Positions 1-12,530 of a DNA stretch of 64,000 nucleotides are shown piece after piece. Position numbers and translations under genes: made by a program. The first letter of the stretch is position 1; every line of letters begins with the position of its first letter. Source of the stretch: Octopus bimaculoides (taxonomy: Eukaryota); assembly GCF_001194135.2 (NCBI RefSeq), contig NC_068985.1, positions 60,334,615-60,398,614 of the forward strand, in the 5' to 3' direction. Under the pieces are notes generated by a model. It made no database searches and was not told the origin of the DNA. It worked only from the letters and a program-made list of their open reading frames with translations.

Positions 1-1010
1 ATTTTCTAAGCAGCCATCTTTCCCTTTTCCTGGCGAGGATGTAGTCAATTTGGCTAATGTGTCTGCCAGAACGGTAGGCGACTAGGTGACTGGCAGGCTT
101 CCTGAAGTTAGTATTGCAGACCATAAGGTCATTTGCATCACAGAACTCCAGCAGCCTGGTTCCCTCCTCATTGTGGGAACCAAAACCATAGCCTCCATGT
201 ACGCCATAGAAGCCCCCTGAATGTTATCCAACATGACCATTAAAGTCACCAGCCACAAAGAGAAGGTCCCTGTCATTCGTCGACGAGGTAGTCTGCAGGA
301 GAGTGTCATAAAATCGGTCTTTCTGTCCGTCGGGTAGCCCGGGCCGAGGGGCATAGGCCGAGATAATTGTTGCTAACCCATGGTGAAGAACTAATCTAAT
401 CCTAAGTATTCTATCGCATACTCTAACTACCTCGATTACCTTATCCACCCATTTCTCTGCAAGAAGTATACCCACACCCCCGAACCCGTCTGTGTTCCCT
501 ACCCAGAAAATCTTGTACCTGTGTTCTTTGCCTGTGAGGAACCTAGTGGAACCTCCTCTCCACCTTACTTCTTGGAGGCAGCAGATATCGACATATCTCC
601 GTTCAAGTATCTCAACAATCTCACCAGACTTACCTTTCAGTGTGCCGATGTTGAGTGTGCCAACCCTGAGGGTGTGGGAGGTATGGGCCCATGAGACCCT
701 GGGGCGGGGAACAGCAGCATCATGTACCTGAAAAGAAAGCTCGCAGTTTGCAGAATTCATAAACAATCAGTAGCATTCATTTCAGCCTGCATCTACTGCA
801 CTATTGTATTTTGCACCATATGATCGCTACCTTACATAGGGGATAAACTCTAAGTGGGGGTGGGGGGAATGGCGTGAAGCCTTTAGAAGTGTTCATGGGA
901 GACAGTCAGGAACTTACGGTACTGGTGGGGAAGATAGGAACTACCAGTACTGGTGGAGAAGATAGGAACTTCCGGTACTGGTGGAGAAGATACAAACTAC
1001 CGGCACTGGT
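1..1010 (-). mobile_element. RTE-clade LINE 5' portion (APE endonuclease), runs off the left window edge
   Basis: ORF 766..224 encodes APE motifs LRVGTLNIGTL...DICCLQEVRW...IISAYAP...VAGDFNGHVG and continues after a frameshift. A ~28-bp tandem repeat at ~915-1010 lies in the putative 5' UTR. Confidence 0.9.
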
Positions 1011-1793
1011 GGAGGGGGTGTGAGGACGGGTGCACCAAAGCCATTGCTGCAAAGGTATTTAGGTTGAGTGGGGGAATTGGGGTGCGCGTACTAGCTTTAT
1101 AAACCTGGTGAAGCAAGGGGTGAATCAAAAGAGGGAGGAGAAGAGAGAGAGCGAGAGAGTGGGATCAAGAGAGACAGAGTAAAGCAGAGAGGGTTAGGTC
1201 AGAGCACGAGGGAGATAGAGAGATATTCTTTTGGGATTTCTGTCGCATAGAGACGGTAAATATTGAATGGTAGAAATCTAGAATTGAGAAATAAGGGTTT
1301 TCGGCCAGCTAAATCTAAGGCAGAATTATAGAGATAAGTGACTATGTGAGAAAAGTTAAAACTGAATAACTTGAATAACAGTGAATTTGGCGACATCGTT
1401 ATGGACAACTGAAATGAATTTGACGACATTATAATGAGACGGACAGAATAGTGGAAGCACTAAGTAAGGTGTTACGAATCAGGGCATAAATAAGTAGAAA
1501 AGTACGAGTGAGGCTAGAAAGAAAGAGAAACTTATCTGATCATGCTTCTATGGTCGTATTAATTCGGCAGAGGTTCTAAGGACGAGTGAAGGAATCGAGT
1601 GCACACACTAGTTTTATAGACCTGGCCAAGCAAGGGGTTAATTGAAAGAGGGAGGAGAAGAGAGAGAGTGGAATTGAGAGAGACAGAGTAAAGCAAGTCG
1701 AGAGAGACAGAGTAATGTGTGTGTGTGTATACTGAACTGTCGACATAACCATGATGTTCTGGTCATCTGATGAGCTTACTTTCTTTATTTGCA

Positions 1794-2720
1794 TTAATTT
1801 GTGTTTTTATTCTCTAAGAATAGTTTTGTATCATTGACAAACATGGTAACATTTAGGAGTGAAACTGCATGGTTCATATCTTTAACATATATAAGTAAAA
1901 GAAGGGTACTTGAGGAACACTGCAAATATTGTTTGTGTTCAGATTCAGTGTCATCACTTTGCGCAATCTTGTATCTATTGCCTAAGTAACTTTCGAACCA
2001 TGATAGTTCTTTCCCAGTAACTTCATAATTTTCAAATTTTTTTATGTGTATTTTATGATCAACAGTGTTGAAAGCTTTACTGGGGTTGATGAAAACTGCA
2101 AGTGTAACAAGTTTATTTGACGTAGCTGTCGTGATGTCATTAACGAGTTCTATCAGCCCATAGTCTACACTGGAATTCTCTTGCAAACCTAATTGTTTTG
2201 AATAAAAAAGATTATTTTTCTCAAAGAAATCATAAAGATAAGAGTGCATGAGTCTCTCCAGCAATTTTGAGAAGACTGATAAGATTGATATTGGTTGGTA
2301 ATTACCAATTCTGTCTTTGCTCTTGATATAAAAAGCGGCATGATTTTTGCTATTTTCATTTTATGTGAAAATACTTCAGATGCAAATTAATTATTAAAGA
2401 CATATAGTAATGAAACTTTTATATATTTTTATGCAATTTTAACATTCCTTATACTCAAAGAGTAATATCCAAGTGCTTTGTTTGTTTTCAGATGAATGAA
2501 TGCATCCTTCAGTTCCTCATCTATGACTGGATTTGTTTTAAATAAATGTCTGGTCTTTTTTTAAAATTCAAGGAAGTTTTTATTGGCCCTTGGTACTTTT
2601 GATGTCAGATTTGGACCAACATTGCTAAAACATTTATTTAATTCCTCAGCAATCAACTTTTTGTTCTACACTGTTTTGCTAATTCTTGATATGCAGTTCA
2701 GATTATAAGAGTTGGATGAG
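1794..2720 (-). mobile_element. Decayed CR1/L2-type LINE reverse transcriptase fragment
   Basis: Minus-strand translation gives LERLMHSYLYDFFEKNNLFYSKQLG...AVFINPSKAFNTVDHKI...SWFESYLGNR. Upstream, KLIAEELNKCFSNVGPNL is typical of CR1/L2 ORF2. Confidence 0.85.
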
Positions 2721-2799
2721 ATATGATGGCATGGCCATCTCTCCCCAGCTCATATTATTTATTAAATTCAGAAATACAACAAACACGAGGGTCAACGGT

Positions 2800-3180
2800 A
2801 ACAACAGATCAATAATTTATTCCTGGTTGGTGTAGAGCCGTTTGGTTCCCGGGTGAAAGGCATGCCGCTATAATACCAAAGGAAGCTTCGACCACATGTC
2901 GGGGTCGATGTTGTCAGAGAGCCTGGAAAACGTCCTGTCACGACGGTTGCTGGATGAAATAAGAGAGAGAACGCTATATCTTTATTCTCCACATGTTGCA
3001 TTGCGCATGCGTGCTCGGGTACTTCCGCTGACTGCAAATCCCTTGCACATGCGCAATGGCACTTCCCAAGATGGCGGCCACACGCGCCACTACAAGATAA
3101 TTATTAACAGGATGGTTTTTAGAAACTTTTGTGCTCATTATTGACCGTATTTTTTAACATCTGTGAAGACGAAACTATCG
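2800..3180. promoter_or_regulatory. CpG-rich, probably bidirectional housekeeping-type promoter
   Basis: Sharp CpG enrichment against the background. NRF1-like TGCGCATGCGT at 3002-3012 and TGCACATGCGCA at 3044-3055, ETS/GABP ACTTCCGC at 3021-3028, YY1 CAAGATGGCGGC at 3067-3078. Confidence 0.7.
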
Positions 3181-3182
3181 CT

Positions 3183-3192
3183 ATGGATGTTG
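3183..3192 (+). CDS. Candidate first coding exon (M-D-V + phase-1 intron) of an unidentified gene
   Basis: ATG GAT GTT G followed by a consensus donor gtaagc at 3193, directly downstream of the promoter motifs. Downstream exons could not be identified. Confidence 0.45.
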
Positions 3193-3783
3193 GTAAGCAT
3201 TTAATTCCTGTCTCTGTTACATTTAGTCACATGATATATAAAATAACCATCTGTGTGTTATACTTTATGTATACATGTTGTTAAGTGAGTTTTATCAAAG
3301 TATTTATTCTGAGATAACATCTCTTATGAACTTTCTGTTTTAAAAACAGTAACTATCAGAGAGAGAGAGATGAAAATTCACGTTGGGAGTAGCCACTGAG
3401 AGTGCCAGGTGTATTTCAGCCTTGTTTGGTCTTTTCAATGGTGCAAACTTGCAGCCAGCCTCATGCTTGAATGAGATTGTAACAGCTATAATAATTAATT
3501 AATTAAACTGTTTTGTTCAACCACATGTAATTTGACCCAAATATTCACTATTATCTCTCCAAATTAAAACCTAAACCTATTCATTAAGATACTCCAGCTG
3601 GACTAGTAAATGACTGCCTTATTTTATGCAATCTCACCAAGGACAACTTGTTTCAGCATTTGTTAAGATTTCACCAGAAACTGACAGCTCTTCTCTAACT
3701 GAGGTGATATAGTATCTACAGTCATAATTATGTGCAGTTTTATTAAATTGTAAATTACTTGTCTGTTTTAAACATCTTAACCA

Positions 3784-3815
<32 letters not shown>

Positions 3816-3867
3816 CGTGCACACACACACACACACACACACATCATAAAGTACATGCATATATATA

Positions 3868-4084
3868 CAAGAGGGTGCTGAAAAGTTCCTGGCTTTAAGG
3901 GTGTCATGAAAGGACTGGTTGGAGACCCAAACTGCTGAATTCTTTTACGGGGCTTAGTAAAACTGAAGTACTGCTGCAATAAGTGTGTAAATCTAAGAGG
4001 GGAATACGTTGAATAAAATCATAATTAACTGATCCTCCTGTATTTTCTTTTACCCAAAGCCAGGAACTTTTTGGTACTCCCTCA
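3868..4084. mobile_element. Mariner-derived MITE (~220 bp)
   Basis: TIRs CAAGAGGGTGCTGAAAAGTTCCTGGCTT / AAGCCAGGAACTTTTTGGTACTCCCTCA with TA flanks. A second copy lies at 17680-17896. Confidence 0.8.
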
Positions 4085-4830
4085 TATATAAACATATATA
4101 CCGACATACACATAGTGTGTGTGTGTGTCCATGTGTGTGTGTCCATGCATGTGCAGAAGAGTACTGTCAATTGATTGAAGCATTGTGATTTAAGAAGATA
4201 AATAATGAAATAGTTTCATAGAGTTTATTACAAAGCATAGAGGGAATTGAGAATTTATTAATTCCTTATATTTCAGGTGAATACATACACACACATATAC
4301 ATAAACCTCATTATCATAATTATCATCATCTAACATACATCTTCCATGCTGGTATTGTATTGGTGTGTGTGTTTGTCTTTGTGTGTGTGTGAGTGTGTGT
4401 GTGTTACTCTCTCTCTTATTTGCAGCAAACTACTTTAAGTTTCATGCTCTGGAGAAGACGCTTGAGCCCACTCAGTTGTTCAAGAAGTTGCCATATTTAT
4501 ATTTGATTATCTCTATCAGTCTTCACATACATACACTCCTACCATCTCCCACACATGTATGCATGTATGTACGTATGTATATATGTATGTATGCATGCAT
4601 GCATGTATGTATGTATGTATGTGTATCACCATCATCATCATTCAACATCCACTACTCTATTATATCTATTATATCTATACTACTCTATTATATCTATTTA
4701 AATGTGTGTTTGTATCTGTATGTTTATTTCACTAACNNNNNNNNNNNNNNNNNNNNNNNNNNNNNNNNNNNNNNNNNNNNNNNNNNNNNNNNNNNNNNNN
4801 NNNNNNNNNNNNNNNNNNNNNNNNNNNNNN

Positions 4831-5600
4831 CAACCTTCAAATATTAGGCCTCACCAAGGCAATGGCTTGTGACCGAGACCTTTGGAAATATGCTGTGCAT
4901 GAGAAAACCCGGCAAGACAAGTGAGACCATAACTCGTGGCCTTTACCAGGGGTGTAGCCAGCCCACTTATGCATACCTTTCCTTCTTTCGACGCAAAACC
5001 CTGCTTGTGAAGACCTGTTGAGGTAAGTGAAATCGAAATTGAAAATTGAACCAAATTCGTTGACTGGCACCCATGCCAACCTTCCTTCATTGGACACTAA
5101 ACTCAGCTTGCAAAGACCTGTTAGGGCAAGTGAGATCAAAACTGAACCAAATTCGATGACTGGCACCCGTGCCAGCGGAGCGCTAACAGCACCATCTGAG
5201 CAGGATCACTGCCAGAGTAGTGGTCTCTCTTCTGTGCTAGTGGCATGTAAAAAGCAACATTTGAGCGCGATCATTTCCAGTTTCGCCTTACTGGCACTCG
5301 TGCCAGTGGCATGTGAACAAAACATTGAACTGACTCCTGTGCAGGTGGCACGTAAAAAAACACCATTTGAGCATGGCTGTTTCCAGTACCACCAGACTGG
5401 CCCTCATACTGGTGGCATGTAAAACGCACCCACTACACTCTCGGGGTGGTTGGCGTTAGGAAGGGCATCCAGCTGTAGAAACTCTGCCAGATCAGATTGG
5501 AGTCTGGTGTAGCCATCTGGTTCGCCAGTCAACAGTCAAATCGTCCAACCCATGCTAGCATGGAAAGCGGACATTAAATGATGATGATGATGGTGATGAT
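4831..5600 (+). mobile_element. RTE LINE 3' end (ORF C-terminus + 3' UTR + (GAT)n tail)
   Basis: LQILGLTKAMACDRDLWKYAVHEKTRQDK* followed by a UTR ending CGTCCAACCCATGCTAGCATGGAAAGCGGACATTAAATGATGATG. Confidence 0.85.
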
Positions 5601-6798
5601 TTACGTCATATGGAGTTTTGAGCAATACATGTACCATTCCACATACATATACATATGTTAGATATTTATTTCGGAAAGACTTTACTTCTATAATTCCTTT
5701 TAATGTGATTTTTTCAGAGCTATCAATTTGCATATCTTTATAGATATTTAGATATTTTTCATAACTAATATCCTATAATTTTCCCATTTAAATCAGACAT
5801 ATCTGTCATAAGACAGAGCTTACCATAAACACAGTCCTTATTTATTATATAGACTTTATTCACATAACACTGTTTGTACATTGTTAGATTTCCACTTTAA
5901 TATTGATTTTCATGAACAAAATAATTTTTTAGTTTAAGAATATTTCTGCTATTCATCTTCCAAAATATTTTTTCACCAACAACTAGTATTTTTATTTAAA
6001 TCACACCATTTTTACCTTGTAACAGCCATGAATAAGATCCTGTTGCTTTTCTTTTCCATGTATATACTTATATGTAACAACGAAATTTAATGATGAAGTT
6101 TACATATGAGAAATAATTGAAGAATGATATCATTTGATTATTAATATGACCATTTATTATATGTCATTTATTATGGTGTTAGAATTTTGAAGATCATTAT
6201 AATCACACTTGTTACAAAATATAAAATTTGCAACTGTGTCAAGTTGTTTGTGTATGGATGTTTTCGTAGATGCAATAAAATATTTGTCACTGACTCTCTG
6301 GTTCATTGTGTAAATTAATAAGTTTAGTTTCTCTGTGACTGCCAGGGAAAAAGACATAGTAATAATATCTTTATAATTAGAGAGAGTGATAACTCTGTTC
6401 TTATGCATTACAGTTTGAGTAGAGACTGGTTGAATGATCTTGGTTTGGTGCCAAATTTACCAAAAAGAGAGATAGCTATCTGCTTGTTTTTATAATTTAC
6501 TGACTGAAGTAGGTCAAGCTAAAAACAACAGGGTTCTTCATCCAATTGACTGAATAATGCCCGAGAAAGATCAAGAGGTTAGCACATTAATCTCTGAATG
6601 CAAAAAAAGGCTGAGACAGTAAACTGAGGATTTATCTGACAATGTGGAAAAATGTGGATTTGGTTTCAAATCCTAACTTAACTATTCTGTAATAGTTTGT
6701 TTAATTTCTGTGATTCACTATTTCTACAAATTCTATAGATTTTACTATGATTTTATCAAAGTTTCTTAATACTAAATGTATATAATTTTATTACTCTA

Positions 6799-9340
6799 CT
6801 AGCAGAATACCTACCATTGACCAGGCTAGAAGTAACTAAAATTTGCCTTAATGAAGATGTATTAGGTTTCATAGGACATCATTAGATTTCTCTTGACAAT
6901 TATCTTTCAACTAAGAATTGAAATTGTTACGCAATACGTATTTAACAGTCTGATGTTTAATGCACTGTGCTATGGACACACACTTAGTATTAATAGAATA
7001 CTCCATAATTTAATTGTGTAAATGACATATAAGCTGAGTAAAGTAAATTAAGTAAGAATACAAGCTTGTCATCATCATCATCATCATCATCATCATCGTT
7101 TAACGTCCGCTTTCTATGCTAGCATGGGTTGGACGATTTGACTGAGGACTGGTGTAACCGGATGGCAACACCAGGCTCCAGTCTTGTGTAAATGTCAAAG
7201 CATTTATTTAATCTTTTATTTTTGAAATTCTTTAATTGTTAATTAATTTGAAAAATGAATCGAAACAGGAATGATGGGAAGTAAGCCACTTACGGAAATA
7301 AAATCCATTTTACAGTTTGTAGAAATGTGGGTGCTCGAAAGATACCAAATATTGGAACTATAATATATGCACAGGTAAAGAAATATTAAAAGTTGTAAAA
7401 AGGCCCTGTTCAAGAGAAATTTGATCTGATTCATCATAGCTTTGGTAATTCTAAACATCATGTCAGCACTTCAGGATATATAGTGTTATATAGGGAAATT
7501 CAAAAGCCTGAACGTATTTTACTTAACAGTAGTATAAATAGAGAGATTGCTCGGGTTTCAATTTCAGGAGTATCTGGCATAATGCTCCATTAGCAGAGTA
7601 GTATTCCTCATGAGGCAGTCCAGTAACTGTTAGTGTTTGGAATTGGAGTTTCTCATAAAGCATAAATATTTTGGGTACTCAAGGGTACATTTGGTGATAT
7701 AAGTGGAGTTTTGGGTATAATTGTATCCAGTAAGATAAGGAATCTTGCCAACATATGGAGTAAGCTTCTTAGTTATTTGTCTTGTGTCATTGATCCTAAA
7801 ACTGTTCAAATCTACATGGGGGTAGACCTGAAGTTCCAATGAAATTTAATGTCTGTACAGTAAGGAACTATATCTTTCTGATTAGCAACAATGTCTGTAT
7901 CAATTTATAAGAACAACTATTTTCTGGAAGAACCTGCAACAGATACCAATCGATTCTATTGTCTAACCCATTTCGTTTCCATACATTTATGTATTAATTA
8001 CAAGTTGAGAAACACCTTCGATATCTGTTCATCAGGTATCTTAAACAACTGCACTTATAGCAGCTGGATCCCCAGCACCATCACTATCGGAAGGAAATTA
8101 TCCTTCTCCAACTTGGAAAAATCTTTTTACAGAATCATCAGACAACTAATCCAAAAACATTGACAGTCATGTTTGTTGACAGTTTAGAGATTTTCCTTTT
8201 GGTCAGAAGCAACGAGGATTTAAGGTGGGCACGAATTTTCATCAGCTTTTGTGCCTTTTGGAACCTCTAGCAGAGATTGACAACACTACTGCTATTCCTC
8301 CCATTTGAGATCCTTTGATACACTGTCTTGCAATGTCCTGTTCAGTTCTTTTGTATACCAATGTGCATTCATCCTAGNNNNNNNNNNTTTTGTATACCAA
8401 TGTGCATTCATCCTAGATAGTCATTTGGTTTCTCTTAAGAATTTGTCAGGTTCCTGAATGGTTTCAAACAGTTTTATTGTTTGTGTCCAAGAGAAGTTTG
8501 CAAGCAAAAGATGTTGTATGTTAAACACCCAACTTCCACTAGAAAGAAATATGGTGATAGTAGAAGCAGAAGAAATCAGTTGCAATAGTTATGTCTTTAT
8601 GTTGATGGATTTGGCCAACAAAAGAATGATTAGGAACGTCTTTCCAGTTACACTATAAACACCAAAGAAACAAAAAAAAAAAAGAAAAAGAAAATCATTC
8701 TGCAGAACCCTGCTAGAATTAGGTAAAGTCGTTGCTGCTGTTTTGCTAAATCAGCAAATATTGCAGCATCAGATCCCTTAATGACATTAGCAAGCATAAT
8801 TGATGGGATTTTTGCATTAGCTGTCAATCAAGGTCTGGAAATCTCTATCTTCTTGTACCCTTTTTCTATAAGAGGAATATCCACTTTAACCCATTTGATT
8901 CTCCTTCACAAAATTGTCTTCGGAAAATATTTGGTACATTTGTTATTTTTCATGCGAAGAGACTTCCTGTTGAGGGCTGAGAACAAAAACTGCCTGGGTT
9001 CGAACAATATGGAAGAATCCTTTTTCCCTCCATGGATCTCTGCAGATATAATGGAATCAATTTATTTAAATGAATCTTATTTGTAAACCAGAACAAAATA
9101 TGTGAATGAGGCAAGTCTTTTTCTGTGGCAGGATTGAAGGAAACATCAATTGTGGCCAATATTTTGTAAAAATATAAAAAAGACTACATTTGATCATGAC
9201 TGTAATTTGAACTTGCATCCACAAAATTTGTCTTCCAGTTTTAATTAATATCAACAGTTAAGTCATAGTCAGTAGCAGCCTCAATCAAGTCTTTGACTAA
9301 AAATATCAACTTGCTTCTGATTTCTAGAGAGTTGGTAAGT
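6799..9340 (-). mobile_element. Decayed Helitron Rep/helicase segment with 3' terminus
   Basis: Minus-strand frames give Rep motif DLPHSHILFW, IDSIISAEI, MKNNKCTKYFPK and KGSDAAIF, and helicase TGKTFLI, WDEC-like, LNRTLQD and PKGTKADE. The 3' end CCTGGTCAATGGTAGGTATTCTGCTAG|T is at 6799. Confidence 0.85.
7070..7190 (-). mobile_element. RTE-type 3' tail fragment
   Basis: (CAT)n followed by CGTTTAACGTCCGCTTTCTATGCTAGCATGGGTTGGACG, the reverse complement of the shared RTE tail. Confidence 0.8.
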
Positions 9341-9389
9341 GGAAGATGATTGTAGGAGAGAGGCAGAGAGATAAAAATTGAAGAAGTAT

Positions 9390-9458
<69 letters not shown>

Positions 9459-10038
9459 TAGAATGGTGAGAAAGAGATGAAAAAGAGAAATAGACGACAA
9501 TGGTGAAAACCTGAAAGAAGGAAAAGAGAATAAATGGAAGTAGCAACTCTTTCAATGAGGATGAGGAAAAAGTGTAGAAGACTTGACACTGATGGCAGCA
9601 GAGAATGAGAAACTACTAGAATAAAATAAAGAGTGGGTGGAGAAGACGAACAGATACATGCATAAAGTTTTTTAAATATATAATGGATTCCAGAAATCTC
9701 TTATGTACAAACATACAGTTTATCTCCTTTAATTATGCGAATGGATCTAAAATTATTTAGTTACTTGAATTGTTATATAATTCTTTAAATAATTACCACA
9801 AATTTCAAACATAAATGTCCATTAAACATCATTACTTTGCTTAATTAAATAAATACTTAGGTTCCCCTTACATTTACTCTCTTTTAATTAGTTCAGTGAT
9901 TTCATGTAGGATAAATGATCATATTTGTTTTACATATTTATCTCCTTTGTCATAAGCATTTTTGTCCTTTTTAAATGATTTTTACCTTAAGATACTTTGA
10001 CATCCACTGAAAGAGGTTTAATATATCTCTTAACACTA

Positions 10039-10205
10039 GGGCGGTGAGCTGGCAGAACCATTAGCACACCAGACAAAATGCTTAGTGGCATTTCCTCCAT
10101 CTTCACATTCTGATTTCAAATTCTGTGAAGGTTGACTTTGCCTTTCATCCCTTCAGGTTTGATAAAGTACGTACCACTTGTGCACTGGGGTTGATGTAAT
10201 CAACT
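10039..10205 (+). mobile_element. tRNA-derived SINE family A
   Basis: Head GGCGGTGAGCTGGCAGAA...TTCAAATTC... Homologous copies at ~27375-27675(-), 39085-39235(-), 60470-60657, 62651-62860 and 62875-63090. Confidence 0.8.
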
Positions 10206-10368
10206 AAGTAACAAACTAAGGAAAGGAATTCCATGAAAGAAGTGTGTAAAACGTCCAATTCACTTGTATGTCAGTTGAATACCACATAAATATGGGTATA
10301 GTGCAAATTACAAACAATAAATTAGAGAGATTCAATTGACAATCAATAATTTATTTATATTATAAACA

Positions 10369-11912
10369 CTAGCAGAAATATCTGGCATTGCACAGGTTAA
10401 AGAGAATACTGAAATTTTAAAATGCCATCCAGTTGGTCTCAACTGCTAGTGGATGAGATACAAACTTTCTACATTAATAACTCTCCAACCCATGCCAGCA
10501 TGGAACACAGACATTAACAGAAATGTTAAAAGAAAGTTTTCAACTCATATATGTAATATAAAGTAAATACACATAGTTCAAAAATACATTTTGTGTAGCT
10601 TATTTCATAACCAAAATACAGGTACAGATTATAAACAATGAAAGGCCGATTTTGGGGATCCATTTGACAGAGGTAGTAATGTGCCAATCCAATGATAAAT
10701 CTAACCCTGTACCTTGAAAGTTTGCATGAATTCTGACTCAGTTAAATCTCTTGTGGCTCCAAATGATGTCATCTGTAGTGTAGCATTGTCTAATTTTGTT
10801 TTGGAAGTGTTTGGAATCTTGGTCAGTTGATGACAACAGTCTCTTCAATGGCTCTGCAGGTTGGGATATTGCACCACTTCAGCACAGTGCAAGTATCTCT
10901 CCAGACCACTTTGTTGCTTTACAATGTATGCAATCAGTTTTCATTGCACCAATGGAAACGCTAGTGCCGTCTGCATAATGAACTGCCGATCATAATTAAA
11001 AGCTGCTTCATAGAAATTGCTTCTCTGAGCTGTTGCAACTGCTCTTTGTTCTGCAGTGGAGATCCTATTCCTTGTCAGCCATGCATAGCTCTGTTCATCA
11101 CTTTGAGATGCTCTGGCTTTTATAGTGCACAGTCTGTTCGTTTCTTTGTATGCTTCCCTTTCTGCAGCTGTCTCTCTTTCCCTGTACAGGGGCATTCTTT
11201 TGGCTGACCTTGAAATTGTAGATAAATTTGACACTTTCCTTCTAGGTATGGTTATATACATATACAGAAATACACGGGTGCAGAAGATAGTTAACAATGA
11301 AAATAACTGGGTAACAGAAATTATATTCTTTAATATGATGGGCAGAAAGTAAATAAGAAATTTTTATGGAAAATAAAGAATTGTATGGGTTGAAGCGAAA
11401 TTTGTCAGTGAACCAAAGAGCCAGTATCAAAGGAACCAGAAAAAAGCTGTTAACAACAGAAAAACACAAGACCATTGCAAAAGTAAGAGATTTTGGGGGC
11501 AAGTAACTAAGTGTATGGATTTAAATGAAATTTTTGAAGTTACTTCTGTCAGTAAATTACGAACTTACTTTTATTAGTAATTCCATCAACAACAAAAAAT
11601 ACAAAATGTCACAAAAGTAAATAAGAAATTTGTAGGTAAATTTAACGAAGTGTATGGATTGAAGTCAGATTTATGAAGCTACTTCTATCAGTAAATTATG
11701 TATGAAATGACTTTCATCAGTAATTGTGAATTTCTTTCTGTAAATAATTTGTCGTTGTTTGTAAATAGCAGTTGAAAACTTACAGTGAAATCAATTGTGA
11801 TTGAACTTAAAGTGAAAACAATAGCATCGAAAAATTGAAAGTGAAAATAGGGAGTGAGTGAGATATAGAGAGAGGGGAAGAGAGAGAAAGCTAGCTAGAG
11901 TATGTGTATAGA
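10369..11912 (-). mobile_element. Internally deleted Helitron (N-terminal RepHel region + own 3' terminus)
   Basis: PRRKVSNLSTISRSAKRMPLYRERETAAERE...EAAFNYD, then QMTSFGAT...FKVQG*IYHWIGTLLP. The 3' end ...GCAATGCCAGATATTTCTGCTAG|T is at 10369. The 5' A|TC near 11912 is tentative. Confidence 0.75.
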
Positions 11913-12119
11913 TATCCCTTCCTCCTATCACTTTATTCTGGCCACTAGCTAACACACTCTCTCATTTCATTCCCTCTCTCTTCACTTCTTTTTTGTCTCC
12001 CACCCTTTTGCTTCTCTTTTTCCTCCCATTCTCTCTTCCTGTTTTTGATTTGACCTATCTCTTTCTAATCTCCTTTTTCTAATCTCCTTTTTCTAATCAT
12101 ACACACCTCTCCTCCCTCT

Positions 12120-12530
12120 ATCTATCCATAAACACTGCCAACACATTTCAATTCACGCCAGAATTCCCTCGATTAACCGACACTGTTTACAAGGCTCTAT
12201 GCTTGGAATGACCAAATATAACTCACACATCAGGTACAAGAAAATTTCTTCACCAAAAAATTTTTTCACCACTTATATACACCATTCTACTTGAATAATG
12301 GAACTGCAAATACAATATCCTTATGTATCTTACCTTTATATTCATTCTCTTACTTTCCTCTGTATTTCATATCTTCTCTACAATAATTAATACTCAAACA
12401 TTTTCTCGCACCGTCTCTGATGAAGGGATATATAAAATATTCTGGAAACATCTGTAAAACCTTTTCTTGATAAATGTTATAAAATCTATTTACTGCCTTG
12501 GTTTTTCTATCTCATTCTGTCAATTTTTAT
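12120..12530 (+). mobile_element. Penelope-like pseudo-LTR remnant with degenerate hammerhead motif
   Basis: GTCT-CTGATGA-AGGGATAT-ataaa-ATATTCTG-GAAAC-ATCT-GTA-AAAC at 12413-12460 has PLE minimal hammerhead architecture. Confidence 0.6.

Noticed and set aside
4423-4520. Possible exon 2 of the 3183 gene (strong acceptor, phase-1 open: ANYFKFHALEKTLEPTQLFKK)
   Set aside because: No convincing donor, the frame runs into microsatellite, and the peptide is not recognised.
8350-8417. Direct repeat flanking a 10-N gap
   Set aside because: Identical sequence on both sides of a small gap is a typical contig-overlap artefact.
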